Shown here: one piece after another, positions 34,910 through 35,073 of the stretch
Layout of the letters: each line of letters starts with the position of its first letter
How positions within the stretch are numbered: the first letter of the stretch is position 1
Assembly: GCA_029210695.1 (NCBI GenBank)
Contig: JARGFH010000039.1
Span: 1 to 35,073 of the forward strand
Direction of reading: 5' to 3'
Source: Acidimicrobiia bacterium
GTDB taxonomy: Bacteria; Actinomycetota; Acidimicrobiia; Spongiisociales; JAHEDJ01
DNA: 35,073 nt
The notes under the pieces: generated by a model
Databases searched by the model: none
The model's input: only the letters and a program-made list of their open reading frames with translations
Told to the model about the DNA's origin: nothing
Position numbers and translations under genes: made by a program

Positions 34910-35073
34910 CCTCTGCCACTCCCCCGGGCCAGCCGGGGCCTCAGGCGTTTCGCCGCCCGATTCGCACGACCGCGTGGCCGGTGGGCTCCCTGCGGCACTA
35001 GTGGTCTGTCGCGGATTCAGTGATCTGGTTGAGGGCGGCTCGTCCTCGTTTGACTTTGGCAATGATTTCTTCG

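Overview
High-GC window, most likely from an actinobacterium (inferred from CelR/CebR-type operators, TANNNT leaderless promoters and gene content). 1-93 is an IS21-like terminus inserted into the signal peptide of a leftward gene. 461-13302 is a LacI-controlled beta-1,3-glucan (laminarin) locus: a secreted modular GH16 whose catalytic domain is nested inside a carbohydrate-binding repeat, plus GH3, a GH149-type phosphorylase and two GH17s. 13400-20212 holds VOC and SRPBCC genes, a penicillin-acylase-family hydrolase, and cysK-cysE preceded by a poly-Cys leader peptide with attenuator-like pairing. 20291-23630 packs four type II toxin-antitoxin modules. 23912-34633 encodes a TfoX-like protein, an anchored BNR beta-propeller coupled to a pentaheme cytochrome, an orphan hicB, an S8 protease and a di-heme peroxidase; the last two share a 16-bp upstream motif. 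Diverged fragments of neighbouring genes (acylase, peroxidase, hicA) and a two-copy double-hairpin repeat lie in intergenic DNA. No CRISPR array, rRNA, tRNA, integrase or reverse transcriptase was seen. All family calls come from motif recognition, not database searches.
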